A stretch of DNA of 64,000 bases from Shigella phage A2, in the sequence record OP197928; one strand, given 5' to 3'. The notes under the pieces are model-generated. The model did no database searches and was not told the origin of the DNA. It saw only the letters and a program-made list of their open reading frames with translations. Positions within the stretch are counted from its first letter, which is position 1. Every line of letters starts with the position of its first letter. A program made the translations under genes and the position numbers. This document shows positions 20,983 to 31,667 of this stretch, in pieces.

Positions 20983-22442
20983 AGACCAGTTACCTCATGA
21001 AAATCACCAAATACATCCTCGAATGTATTAGCTTTAGTTTTATCTTCACGTAAACGAATCGCAATTGGAAGAAATAATTTTACGTAATCAGTGCGGCCAT
21101 CAGATTTTAACCAACCATTGCATTCGCACTCTAGAATTTTTCCAATATAATAATTTTGGTTTTCCATAATGCGAGTACGGTCAAGTTCATGTGATTTTAC
21201 GCCGGCTTTATCTTTTAAGCCTGAACCAGCATTTACTTTAATTTTTCCACACTCTGATTCAAGAATAAATCCACCTGCTTTAGTAGGGTCTTTACGGTGA
21301 GGATAAATTCCTACAATTTTTAAATCAACATCAATTACTTCTTTAAATTTATAGAGATTTTTTGAACGAGCATTTTCCCACAATCCATCGGTATTTTTGA
21401 GAATAATACCTTCAAGACCTTGGTCAATATACTTTTTATAAATTACCTTAGCTTCATCTAGGTTATTTACTACCTGGTTTTCAATTAAAATTACTTTATC
21501 ATATCCTGATGTCATTTGTTCTAGTTTAGAAAAACGTACATCATATTTTAAACGAAACGCCGGAAGACCGTATATTTCTACCAACGGGACATAATCCCAG
21601 ACCTGAAACTTCATGCATTCGGCTTCTTTTTCGGAAATGGTTCCTTTTAAGGATTTATTGGCGATTCCATTAGAAGCAGTACGAGATTCCGCTACTTCGG
21701 CGAATTCTTTAGCTTTACTAATTTCAGGATAAGCATCAAAAAGAAAATCTAGGCCTTCTGGTTCCTTTTTAACTTGCTCATGGTATACCAATTCGCCATC
21801 AATTAACACACCTTCTGGATGAATCTGGCGGGCTTCAGCAGTCATTTTGATTAATTCTTCCTTAAGAAGATCTAATCCTAGATATTCATTACCAGCTCGT
21901 GATAAAAGACGAACATCATCTAATTCATCGCCTCGGACTTCAGCAAAACACCGAGCTCCATCTGCTTTTAACTGTGCAAAGGCTGGAAATTTGATATTCT
22001 TATTAATGCCTTTTTCATCATAAGAACTTGCCAGCATTTGAGGTTGTTCAGGAATTAAACCTGGCCAAACTTTGTTTGCAATAGATACTGAAGCACCGCA
22101 TTCAAGGTCTCGCATCATCACTCGACGCAAAACTTCAACATCATCCTTTTTACCATCGGTGATATATCCAGTCAATTCCTCAATTGCAGCATTTCCGGTC
22201 AATTTCCGAGTAGCTAACGTGAATTCAATGAAGTCAAGCATATCGGTAATGGTCAGCATTCCAAAACTCTGGGTAGCAATACCAGGTTTAGGCCATTTCT
22301 TGATATAATACTGTAACCCACGAGAATAAGTCAGACGATATACCCGTTTAAGCAATTCATTATCTTTATTCTTTTCAAGAATTGCTTGCTTCTGCTTAGT
22401 TGATCCAATAGATGCTATTTCATTCAGAATTTTAAGAATCAT
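20979..22442 (-). CDS. 30: ATP-dependent DNA ligase gp30
   Basis: 487 aa; adenylation motif KADGAR; sequence recognised. Confidence 0.95.
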   Translation of the reverse strand: MILKILNEIASIGSTKQKQAILEKNKDNELLKRVYRLTYSRGLQYYIKKWPKPGIATQSFGMLTITDMLDFIEFTLATRKLTGNAAIEELTGYITDGKKDDVEVLRRVMMRDLECGASVSIANKVWPGLIPEQPQMLASSYDEKGINKNIKFPAFAQLKADGARCFAEVRGDELDDVRLLSRAGNEYLGLDLLKEELIKMTAEARQIHPEGVLIDGELVYHEQVKKEPEGLDFLFDAYPEISKAKEFAEVAESRTASNGIANKSLKGTISEKEAECMKFQVWDYVPLVEIYGLPAFRLKYDVRFSKLEQMTSGYDKVILIENQVVNNLDEAKVIYKKYIDQGLEGIILKNTDGLWENARSKNLYKFKEVIDVDLKIVGIYPHRKDPTKAGGFILESECGKIKVNAGSGLKDKAGVKSHELDRTRIMENQNYYIGKILECECNGWLKSDGRTDYVKLFLPIAIRLREDKTKANTFEDVFGDFHEVTGL

Positions 22443-22708
22443 TGCTCATCCTTCAAAGTTTGGTTTACAGCTCTATTATAAATCAATTCATCATTAAGCT
22501 CAGGCAAAGACTTATGATATGTAGTTCTAACTTTATTTCCTTGCATCCAGTGCTTGATATAAATGAAACCTTGCTCTACACATTTTTTAAAAATTCGTTC
22601 GTCTTTTTGAGCTCGGAATTCTGGATTGCATCTAAAAAATTGATTTACGTGACCGTAATCACGTGTAGTATTACCTTCATTTTCATAAATAGTGTGAACG
22701 ACAAACAT
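22439..22708 (-). CDS. Hypothetical protein (30.1 position)
   Basis: 89 aa ORF translationally coupled to neighbours. Confidence 0.65.
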   Translation of the reverse strand: MFVVHTIYENEGNTTRDYGHVNQFFRCNPEFRAQKDERIFKKCVEQGFIYIKHWMQGNKVRTTYHKSLPELNDELIYNRAVNQTLKDEQ

Positions 22709-23571
22709 TAGAATGCTCCTTGGAAAATATTATCACCACTAGTAAATCTATTAAAATACCCTGCATCACCAGGCTTAGTATAACTCCACGTATGGAATGG
22801 ATTCATATGATACGGGTGTGTATAATATGGATTATATGGATGTGTATAATATGGATTATACGGATTAAATCCAGGAGTTCTCCAGGTAGTGTTCCAACGA
22901 AAAGAATCGTTTTTAACCATCTTCTCAATTACATCTTTTATAGCTTTTTCACTATCAAAACTTTCTTTATTTTCCTTCGGTGAAAAAAGCTTATTTTCTA
23001 CATCATTCCATGTATAAACTCGCTGAGCGGTTTTTGGAATATTGTCACGCTCTCCTCGCGCCATCCAATAAACAGGAACATTTAATATTTCACTCGCATG
23101 ATCGCAGTGGTGAGCAAGATCGTCAATATAACAAATTACGTTATATTTCTCTTTTGCCTTTTTGAATAACTCTTCTTTTGAAGAATCATGACCACACATC
23201 ATTACTTCTGAGAAGGCACCAGGAAAAAGAGCATTCAAATTAAATTGACGATTCAACAGAGCGTCAATAGAATCACCCAACGCTGTAACAGCTACAAAAT
23301 TATAATCTTCTTTTAATTTGTTAATTACGCACAGGGCGTCTTTATATGGAGACAAATAACGAATAAAATCTGAACGATTGTATTTTTCAATTAACTTGAC
23401 GCCAAGTTCTTCATCACAATTAAAGAGTTTACCCGGAGAAATAAATTTCTCATCTTGGATCATTTTTAAAATATGTTCTAACGGAAGATTATATTTCTGA
23501 GCAAAATAAGGAAGGCCTGATTGCCAGCTTAAACATACTCCATCAATATCAGTTAAAATAGTAGGCTTCAT
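22708..23571 (-). CDS. HAD-like hydrolase domain protein with C-terminal Tyr/Pro-rich tandem repeat (30.2 position)
   Basis: 287 aa; N-terminal LTDIDGV (HAD motif I-like); C-terminal NPYNPYYTHPYNPYYTHPY. Confidence 0.7.
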   Translation of the reverse strand: MKPTILTDIDGVCLSWQSGLPYFAQKYNLPLEHILKMIQDEKFISPGKLFNCDEELGVKLIEKYNRSDFIRYLSPYKDALCVINKLKEDYNFVAVTALGDSIDALLNRQFNLNALFPGAFSEVMMCGHDSSKEELFKKAKEKYNVICYIDDLAHHCDHASEILNVPVYWMARGERDNIPKTAQRVYTWNDVENKLFSPKENKESFDSEKAIKDVIEKMVKNDSFRWNTTWRTPGFNPYNPYYTHPYNPYYTHPYHMNPFHTWSYTKPGDAGYFNRFTSGDNIFQGAF

Positions 23572-24032
23572 AGAGAGTCTCTTAATAGATTTAACACATC
23601 AATAAATTCAGCTTCGGTTAGTATTGTATCATCTTTTGTTAGACCACTAGCCATGCTGTGCTTCAAAACTTTTCCTTTCGAGGCTTGTAATGCATCGCGA
23701 AAGCCCTTGTTTTGGAACGCTGCTTCAAAATATGCATTTGTGTATAATTCTTTCCATGCTTCGGAATATCTTGAAAACGGAGTTCCAAGCCAGAACAACG
23801 TGCCACGGTCCTGAGCTCTAGCATAAGCTCGTCCAGCTTGTTGGGCGGCAAGCCCGGATAACCCAAATATACGACGCTGTTGTTCAACATTTTTCACCTT
23901 GCATCCTTGGAGGAATCCTTCGAGACCTCCAAATTGGATACCGTCCATAACAAAAGGCCATTGGGCGAAATTACTTAATGCACATGATGGCCATCTAAAA
24001 TTGCTTCTAATCTCTAGCTCAGACATTTTCAA
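23568..24032 (-). CDS. NADAR-like (YbiA/DUF1768-type) protein (30.3 position)
   Basis: 154 aa; remembered YbiA signature SNFA-WP-x4-DG-x7-E-x-F-Q-x2-K matched by LSNFAQWPFVMDGIQFGGLEGFLQGCK. Confidence 0.65.
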   Translation of the reverse strand: MKMSELEIRSNFRWPSCALSNFAQWPFVMDGIQFGGLEGFLQGCKVKNVEQQRRIFGLSGLAAQQAGRAYARAQDRGTLFWLGTPFSRYSEAWKELYTNAYFEAAFQNKGFRDALQASKGKVLKHSMASGLTKDDTILTEAEFIDVLNLLRDSL

Positions 24033-24234
24033 TACTTATAATTTCAACATCAGCCCAATGACCATAACTTGGTAAACGGTCTTCAATAGATAATCCGCCA
24101 TCATATTTAAGCATTTTAATTGTCATAATATATGGCTCTAAATGGTCTTCAGTGAGCGGAGAGACATCAGTCACACGATAAGTAACTTCGACCATTTCCG
24201 TGCCCAGTAATTTCTGGATTAATTTCTTAAACAT
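24019..24234 (-). CDS. Hypothetical protein
   Basis: 71 aa ORF in operon context. Confidence 0.6.
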   Translation of the reverse strand: MFKKLIQKLLGTEMVEVTYRVTDVSPLTEDHLEPYIMTIKMLKYDGGLSIEDRLPSYGHWADVEIISIENV

Positions 24235-24238
24235 TTTA

Positions 24239-24526
24239 TTAAAATCTCATCTGAAAACCGTGTGATTTAACATTACCGCCGCCGATATCAGAAATGTTAA
24301 TTTCACGCGCAATTGAAGGGTCAATGTCAATTTCACGATTAAGTTTAGTGATAGCTAAAGTATCGCGGCCATTTACAGTACGGAACTCTAAAGGGCAGAC
24401 TACATTAACGTAGTTTTTAATTGATTCACTGGTAGGTTGCAAATGAGCAGGAAGGTCTTTAGGTGCCTTAGAGAAAACCACTTCACAGAAATTTTTGCGG
24501 GTATCAAAATAAGTAGTCATAAACAT
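24239..24526 (-). CDS. Hypothetical protein
   Basis: 95 aa ORF in operon context. Confidence 0.6.
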   Translation of the reverse strand: MFMTTYFDTRKNFCEVVFSKAPKDLPAHLQPTSESIKNYVNVVCPLEFRTVNGRDTLAITKLNREIDIDPSIAREINISDIGGGNVKSHGFQMRF

Positions 24527-24567
24527 AGTATTTTCCTCAGTAAGGGGCCGAAGCCCCTCATTTTATT

Positions 24568-24933
24568 TTAAATATCAAATTCGTTAAGAACTACATCAAA
24601 GATTGCTTCAAGATGCTCAGGTTTAGCTCTGTTACTCAAAATATGACGAATCCAAGTTTTAACCAGAAGCTTGCGATTAACGCCATTCCAGCAAGGATGA
24701 GTCCCTAAATCGCGTTGACGAAAATCATCATCCAAAGCGATTTTAAAAGAAGAACCTTCTTTCGTGATTGAAACCGTGATGCCATTTTCAAATCGCATAT
24801 AAACGTAGTTAGGAGTCATATACTGTTCAATTTCGCATACTGATCCATTTTGATGTTTCCAAAGGCAGATAGTATCAATAGAACCTGCAATACCGTTAGA
24901 AACATATTTACGTTCAAAGTTGATGTAGTTCAT
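24568..24933 (-). CDS. Hypothetical protein
   Basis: 121 aa ORF; early promoter and SD upstream. Confidence 0.65.
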   Translation of the reverse strand: MNYINFERKYVSNGIAGSIDTICLWKHQNGSVCEIEQYMTPNYVYMRFENGITVSITKEGSSFKIALDDDFRQRDLGTHPCWNGVNRKLLVKTWIRHILSNRAKPEHLEAIFDVVLNEFDI

Positions 24934-24970
24934 TTTTATTCTCCGAGATGTTTAATTGCGGTACAGGTAT

Positions 24971-24999
24971 ATAATATCATATCCTGTACCAAAGTAAAC
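24971..24999 (-). promoter_or_regulatory. Early promoter (GTTTAC -35, TATTAT -10)
   Basis: Minus-strand GTTTAC, 17 bp spacer, TATTAT, then GGAGAA SD and ATG at 24933. Confidence 0.5.
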
Positions 25000-25003
25000 T
25001 ATT

Positions 25004-25372
25004 TTATGCAACTTTAATCCAATTATCTAAATTTAATTCACCTTTGGCTTTCATTTTTTCAATCAAAAGATCAGCGGTAATACGACCATTTTGATACCAT
25101 GTAACATCTTCAGAGTAACCAGTTTCTTTATCTTCATAAGTCTCACAACGAATTTTACCAATAATCAAAGTTTTCAATTCGTATGTATCTCCAGTAAAAA
25201 AGTTAGTTAACATTATTTTCCAAGAGAAATCATCAGAAGGACCTTCAGGAGTCATGCAACCTACAAATTCAAATTGTTCTTTGTATAAGTGCCACTGAAG
25301 TTCTTTAGTTTCGATAGCTTTATAGCCGTCGTGGTCTTTACCTTTGATGTATGAGTTAAGATTGATTTTCAT
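25004..25372 (-). CDS. Hypothetical protein
   Basis: 122 aa ORF; early promoter upstream. Confidence 0.65.
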   Translation of the reverse strand: MKINLNSYIKGKDHDGYKAIETKELQWHLYKEQFEFVGCMTPEGPSDDFSWKIMLTNFFTGDTYELKTLIIGKIRCETYEDKETGYSEDVTWYQNGRITADLLIEKMKAKGELNLDNWIKVA

Positions 25373-25399
25373 TTTATTCTCCTTTGTTTGTGTAAGATA

Positions 25400-25429
25400 A
25401 TACTATCACAAAGGAACCATACTGTAAAC
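25400..25429 (-). promoter_or_regulatory. Early promoter (GTTTACA -35, TAGTAT -10)
   Basis: Minus strand GTTTACA, 17 bp, TAGTAT, then AAGGAG SD and ATG at 25372. Confidence 0.5.
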
Positions 25430-25482
25430 AACTTTGTGCAATCTTTGGAAAATAAAAAAGGACTCCCGAAGGAGTCCTCAAC

Positions 25483-25659
25483 TTATGCTTTCTGCTTACC
25501 AAAACGAGAAGCATCATCTCGAAGAACCGCACGTGCTCGGCGCATGATCTTCTCAACAGTTTGATTGATACGAGAGTTCGACCCACGCTTGTAACCAGCG
25601 CGTTTAGAATCACCAACTTTCTTTTCAACTGCTTTCTTTGCTTTAGCTTGTTTTGCCAT
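25483..25659 (-). CDS. Small highly basic (Lys/Arg-rich) protein
   Basis: Track ORF 25483..25701; likely start MAKQAKAKKAVEKK (58 aa). Confidence 0.5.
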   Translation of the reverse strand: MAKQAKAKKAVEKKVGDSKRAGYKRGSNSRINQTVEKIMRRARAVLRDDASRFGKQKA

Positions 25660-25853
25660 TATAAATTCTCTTTTAAATGAAAATGCAGGACTTATTGGCA
25701 TTGCCTGCGAAAGCCCTCAAGGGGTACTTAGGTTTTGAATATTTACCGACAGGATAACCATAAACCTCGTCAACATTCAAGAGGTACACCGTAAAACAAA
25801 GTTCGACGGCTCCTCGTTTTAACTTCACACTAAGGCAGTGACTCTCCAATAAA

Positions 25854-26102
25854 TTACTTCAGTGTTACCACAAAGTGACGAACTGCTTTTCGTGCAGCAG
25901 AAGCCAGAGGCTTAGCATATTTAAGTTCATCTTTTTCCTGAAGCTCAGCAGCTAATGCAGTTTGAGCAGGATTCAGATGTTTGAAATAACGCAGGATTTC
26001 AAGAGCTTCGGCTTCAACATCAATAGATGCGCCATAGTTTTCGTGACCATTATTCCATGCGTTTCGTTGCAGTTCAAGAGCGTGTTGTAATTGTTTAATC
26101 AT
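25854..26102 (-). CDS. rIII: rIII lysis-inhibition accessory protein
   Basis: 82 aa; position adjacent to gene 31. Confidence 0.75.
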   Translation of the reverse strand: MIKQLQHALELQRNAWNNGHENYGASIDVEAEALEILRYFKHLNPAQTALAAELQEKDELKYAKPLASAARKAVRHFVVTLK

Positions 26103-26228
26103 TTAAAAATTCTCGTTAGAGATTAAAACTCGGTAGTCACGTTCTTCTGAATTTCATCTTCTTTCGACAGATCTCTCAGTTGTAGACTACCACATAGAAT
26201 TGAAACTCAATTCATATTATTATTTATA

Positions 26229-26564
26229 TCACTTATAAAGACACGGAATAGCTTTATAGTGACAGGTAACGAATTTTTGCTTAATTTCTTTTGGCTGCTT
26301 AAGACCCAGAGCTACAAAAGGATGAGGAACGTTTCGAATTTGACCAACTGGAAGAGAAGTCAAATCACCAACTTCGCAGAAACCTTCAGGAACATCAGGA
26401 CCAACAGAATGAACTACACACAGTTCAGGAACTTCACCTTGAACACGTTTACCGATAATAAGTCCTGATTCTGTAACTTCTTCATCACCGGCTTGCGCAG
26501 GTTCAGAAACTAAAATAACATATTCACCGACAGCACGAATTGGTAGCTGTTGTACTTCAGACAT
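26229..26564 (-). CDS. 31: Co-chaperonin gp31 (GroES analogue)
   Basis: 111 aa; sequence recognised; position. Confidence 0.88.
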
Positions 26565-26620
26565 CGTTTTTCCTTTTTGTTAACAGATGAATTAATAATA
26601 ACAAATAATTCTTAAAGCAT

Positions 26621-26929
26621 TTATTTACCAATAAATTGAAGCAAATGCTCAACTTTCATGCCATTAACGGAAATCAATTTGTCAATAGAAAAACCTCGCC
26701 ATGCACCGAGCTCAACATCAAATACCGGAATCATATCAGTAGATTCTTTCCGAGTAGATTCAGTCAATTTACCAGTTTGCATGGTTGGCATAAAGTCTGC
26801 ATCACGAGTGCCTTTCATGGTACGAATAGTACCATCAGACTTTTCAAAAACCACGTTTGAAATACCCATGGACAATTTAGTTTTCAAAATTTCACGAATT
26901 GCTACTTTCTGTTCAGTTGTCAATTTCAT
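26621..26929 (-). CDS. Hypothetical protein (31.1 position)
   Basis: 102 aa ORF. Confidence 0.65.
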   Translation of the reverse strand: MKLTTEQKVAIREILKTKLSMGISNVVFEKSDGTIRTMKGTRDADFMPTMQTGKLTESTRKESTDMIPVFDVELGAWRGFSIDKLISVNGMKVEHLLQFIGK

Positions 26930-27166
26930 TTATTTACCTATTACAGTTTTAATATGGGTTGTTCCACGTTCTTTAAGAGTGGAAAGCAACTTTTGGCATT
27001 TTTCTAAATCAGATTTCCAACTATACGGCCTATCAATACAAACCCATTCTGACTTATAATACTGTTTCCATTTAGAGAAAAAATACTTCTTATACTCTAC
27101 AGCAAATGAAATGTTCTCGTTAGAATAAGAACTAATTGCTGTGAGCTGTACCAAACGAAATTTCAT
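26930..27166 (-). CDS. Hypothetical protein (31.2 position)
   Basis: 78 aa ORF, abutting cd. Confidence 0.6.
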   Translation of the reverse strand: MKFRLVQLTAISSYSNENISFAVEYKKYFFSKWKQYYKSEWVCIDRPYSWKSDLEKCQKLLSTLKERGTTHIKTVIGK

Positions 27167-27747
27167 TATTCACCACAGAATTCGTTGATATTTTCCCAAT
27201 TTAACTTATTCAAGTTTTTCTTAGGAACATTAAACACTTCAATACCTGCATTTCGCAGAATATCATCCCAGCCAGGTTTATTTTTATCGTATGTTTCGCA
27301 ATAAACCAGCTTTTTAATTCCAGATTGAGCTATCGCTTTTGCACAATCTGGGCAAGGAGAAAGTGTTACATACATAGTAGCACCTTCAATTGAAGAACCA
27401 TTTCGCGCAGCAAACAAAATCGCATTTAGTTCAGCATGAATTTCATTTTTAGACGACCACTCAGAGTGAGCACTACGATGTTCTTTCGCCAAGACAAAAC
27501 GATCAGTTGAACCAAATGATACACATTCAGGCTTATGACCTTGAATGATAGTATGTTTAGGCTTATTCAGCAACCAACCTTGCTCAGCAGCATAATCGCA
27601 GCAATTCACACCCCCGGCAGGTGAACCATTATATCCGGTAGAAATAATACGTCCATTCTTTTCAATTACCGCTCCTACCTTCCAGGAGCAACATTTTGAT
27701 TCTTGTGATACTAAATATGCAATTTGAAGTACTGTACTCGCTTTCAT
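27166..27747 (-). CDS. cd: dCMP deaminase
   Basis: 193 aa; zinc-binding deaminase motifs HAELNAI and PCPDCAKAI. Confidence 0.95.
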   Translation of the reverse strand: MKASTVLQIAYLVSQESKCCSWKVGAVIEKNGRIISTGYNGSPAGGVNCCDYAAEQGWLLNKPKHTIIQGHKPECVSFGSTDRFVLAKEHRSAHSEWSSKNEIHAELNAILFAARNGSSIEGATMYVTLSPCPDCAKAIAQSGIKKLVYCETYDKNKPGWDDILRNAGIEVFNVPKKNLNKLNWENINEFCGE

Positions 27748-28082
27748 TTCATAATCACCAGATAAGCAGATTTAGCAGTTTCAACACGATAAATTTCGTG
27801 ACGAAGTTTAGTTATACTTTTAATAACAGAACTAATTATATTCTGCCCATCTTTAAAGCGGTTTTTCTTATCAATAAAAATTGCACCAACCATCTTTTTG
27901 TGAAGCTCAACCGGATACTTCGTCACAATAATAGCATCATACACAGAAGGATGAATACTATTCACTAGAGTATCATTCATTAAAGTTATTCTAATGAACT
28001 GTGCTGTTTCAGAGTCAAGCGCTCTATGATCGCCAGTATCATTTTCAAGACAATTATCAATTATATCAGTTAAATTCATCAT
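27744..28082 (-). CDS. Hypothetical protein (cd.x cluster)
   Basis: 112 aa ORF overlapping cd start. Confidence 0.65.
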   Translation of the reverse strand: MMNLTDIIDNCLENDTGDHRALDSETAQFIRITLMNDTLVNSIHPSVYDAIIVTKYPVELHKKMVGAIFIDKKNRFKDGQNIISSVIKSITKLRHEIYRVETAKSAYLVIMK

Positions 28083-28315
28083 AGTACGCCATACACCCTT
28101 TGTGCTTCAACTAATCCATCAAAATCCAGTTTAAGATGCGATATTTGATCGCCATCACCTGGATTCACAATTACTAATACTGAACGAGGAGTTTCGGTAA
28201 TAACACGAACCGATGTTTCAGGAAATCGTTCAGAAACCTTATTTACTAATTCCTGTGCAAATAGTTTAACTTTTTCTTGGAATTCTTTAACAGTAATTGG
28301 TTTTTCACTTAGCAT
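28079..28315 (-). CDS. Hypothetical protein (cd.x cluster)
   Basis: 78 aa ORF. Confidence 0.6.
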   Translation of the reverse strand: MLSEKPITVKEFQEKVKLFAQELVNKVSERFPETSVRVITETPRSVLVIVNPGDGDQISHLKLDFDGLVEAQRVYGVL

Positions 28316-28836
28316 GTTGATCCCAGCTCCTTACTTTCAACGTTTTTAACTAATTTGACAGAAACTAATTCAGCATCTTGAGTAATCATTACCGGGCCTT
28401 CTTCATACTCTTCAAGATATTCTAGAGCTTTCTTTTTAGCTTCTTCCTTCGTATCAGTTTGAGCATAGATATAAAACATACAACCAGTAATACCTACTAC
28501 TTTCCACTTAATTTCTTTATCAGTTTTAATTTCAAATTTACTGACAGAATCATCTTTTTGAACTTCTTCGAAAAAAGAATATTCTAACATATAAGCAATT
28601 GAAAATAACGGGCTAACTTTATAAGATTCGCCCATTACATCAACAGCTTTATACCAACAATCATCAATTTCGCGTTTAATGCTAATAACATTTTTCGCAG
28701 GATCTATTTTTACTTTAAATGAATTTTCCCCAATAAACTGGGCAATTCGTTTATTAGCCCCGCAAGTTTCATTAAAAATATCTTTATATCCAGCTTTAAA
28801 GCGATAAACCTTATCTTCTTCAAACCATTCGCTCAT
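28309..28836 (-). CDS. Hypothetical protein (cd.x cluster)
   Basis: 175 aa ORF; early promoter upstream. Confidence 0.65.
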   Translation of the reverse strand: MSEWFEEDKVYRFKAGYKDIFNETCGANKRIAQFIGENSFKVKIDPAKNVISIKREIDDCWYKAVDVMGESYKVSPLFSIAYMLEYSFFEEVQKDDSVSKFEIKTDKEIKWKVVGITGCMFYIYAQTDTKEEAKKKALEYLEEYEEGPVMITQDAELVSVKLVKNVESKELGSTC

Positions 28837-28867
28837 TTCAATTTCCTCATTTGTTTTTGGTAGAGCT

Positions 28868-28897
28868 ATAATATCACAACTCTACCGTAAAGTAAAC
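28868..28897 (-). promoter_or_regulatory. Early promoter (GTTTAC -35, TATTAT -10)
   Basis: Minus strand AGTTTAC, 18 bp, TATTAT, then GAGGAAA SD and ATG at 28836. Confidence 0.5.
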
Positions 28898-28899
28898 TA

Positions 28900-29175
28900 T
28901 TAAATTGCTTTGAATTCTGATGTCTGCGATTCAAAACGAATATCGCCTTTGATGACTAGCTCAGCATCAAGACCGAATACAACAATGATATGCGCGGAAC
29001 CTGGATACAACGTGATGGCAACAGAATCCACCTGGTCTGGAAGCAAAGTGTTCAACACATGAGTCACTTGAGCATGAATTCGAAGCTCAGCTGCGTTATC
29101 AAGTTTTTCAAACATATTATTAGCGATAATTTGGCTAAACACTACTTCTACGATTTTAGAATAAGTCGGAAACAT
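28900..29175 (-). CDS. Hypothetical protein (cd.x cluster)
   Basis: 91 aa ORF. Confidence 0.6.
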   Translation of the reverse strand: MFPTYSKIVEVVFSQIIANNMFEKLDNAAELRIHAQVTHVLNTLLPDQVDSVAITLYPGSAHIIVVFGLDAELVIKGDIRFESQTSEFKAI

Positions 29176-29177
29176 AT

Positions 29178-29370
29178 TTACCTCACATAATTTTCTTCAA
29201 GCCAATCAATAACATCCAACGCATTATCAAAAGTTGAACCATCTACTTTATCTTCTGTTTCATAATCAAGAACATCTAAGCCTACTCTTCCATCAACAAT
29301 AGGCCATAAACAAAATAGATATTTCTTTTCTTTTTCAATTTTATCACAAAGTCGATAAATCTTTTCTATG

Positions 29371-29378
<8 letters not shown>
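29178..29378 (-). CDS. Hypothetical protein (cd.x cluster)
   Basis: 66 aa ORF. Confidence 0.6.
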
Positions 29379-30793
<1,415 letters not shown>

Positions 30794-30796
30794 TTA

Positions 30797-31027
30797 TTAT
30801 TTCTCAACCAATGATTGAATATAATCATGCAAGTCTTTAGATGCTTTACCCCACTTATTTTGGTATTCATTTTTAAGATTAGCCCGAGATTGAGCTAATA
30901 AAACATCATTAGTTGGAGGTAAAGATTCTAATCGTTGAATCTGGCGTCCATAAATCATTGCAGCCATCTCGGATTCATAAATCAATCCTTTGAGATGTTC
31001 AAATTGATGCCATGAAATCATTTGCAT
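30797..31027 (-). CDS. Hypothetical protein (pseT.x cluster)
   Basis: 76 aa ORF. Confidence 0.6.
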   Translation of the reverse strand: MQMISWHQFEHLKGLIYESEMAAMIYGRQIQRLESLPPTNDVLLAQSRANLKNEYQNKWGKASKDLHDYIQSLVEK

Positions 31028-31317
31028 TTATCCTCTTTTAGCTCTTGACGATAATAACATATCATAGTTTTTTGGTCATGTACATATCGTTTTACATCAT
31101 TAAGCCAAATACGAAATTCCTGGGAATCTTCAAATGGCATACCGACCCAAGCTTTACCATCAATAACTTTAACTTGCCAAGATAGTTTAGCTTCATCATA
31201 TGACTTTATTTGTACAGGCCAATTAGGATGAACTGTTTCTTTCTTTACTTCTAGAGGCTTTGTCGAACAACCAACTAGAAGACCAATAGATAATATTACT
31301 GCTGATAGTTTAATCAT
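31018..31317 (-). CDS. Outer-membrane spanin (o-spanin lipoprotein, Rz1 equivalent)
   Basis: 99 aa; signal peptide with lipobox LLVGC (MIKLSAVILSIGLLVGCS); adjacent to i-spanin-like gene. Confidence 0.7.
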   Translation of the reverse strand: MIKLSAVILSIGLLVGCSTKPLEVKKETVHPNWPVQIKSYDEAKLSWQVKVIDGKAWVGMPFEDSQEFRIWLNDVKRYVHDQKTMICYYRQELKEDKCK

Positions 31318-31667
31318 TTAGAAAGGTCCTGGATGTCTTCTGCGAACTTGTTGAAGGAGTTGTTGATTTGTTTTTCAACCAATCCTGGCTTATGAGCCAC
31401 CACATCCGCCTTCTTTGCGTCTTTGCGCAGTTTTTCATTTTCACGCTCAATAGCAGCAATTGCCTCACGATTTTTATTATTCATCGCATCAATATAATTA
31501 TACTGAATTCGCAAATTATTTAATGCTAAAGCGTTTTCATTGGCCGTTTTTGTAATTTCTACGACAGACGTTTCTAATCTTTCAATTTTATTTTTTAAAA
31601 TTAAAGAAGTTCCGCCCAATGCAATTACAATTAATAGCAAGCCTGCTGTCGTATTACTTAATTGCAT
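31314..31667 (-). CDS. Inner-membrane spanin (i-spanin, Rz equivalent)
   Basis: 117 aa; N-terminal TM helix then charged coiled-coil-like region; overlaps o-spanin start. Confidence 0.7.
   Translation of the reverse strand: MQLSNTTAGLLLIVIALGGTSLILKNKIERLETSVVEITKTANENALALNNLRIQYNYIDAMNNKNREAIAAIERENEKLRKDAKKADVVAHKPGLVEKQINNSFNKFAEDIQDLSK

Noticed and set aside
24543-24556. GGGGCCGAAGCCCC hairpin as a plus-strand terminator
   Set aside because: All flanking genes are on the minus strand and the minus-strand side lacks a T-run; more likely an RNA stability or processing hairpin
25483-25701. N-terminal extension of the basic-protein ORF (MPISPAFSFKREFI...)
   Set aside because: The extension starts upstream of the likely promoter; the internal Met at MAKQAKAKK is the more plausible start
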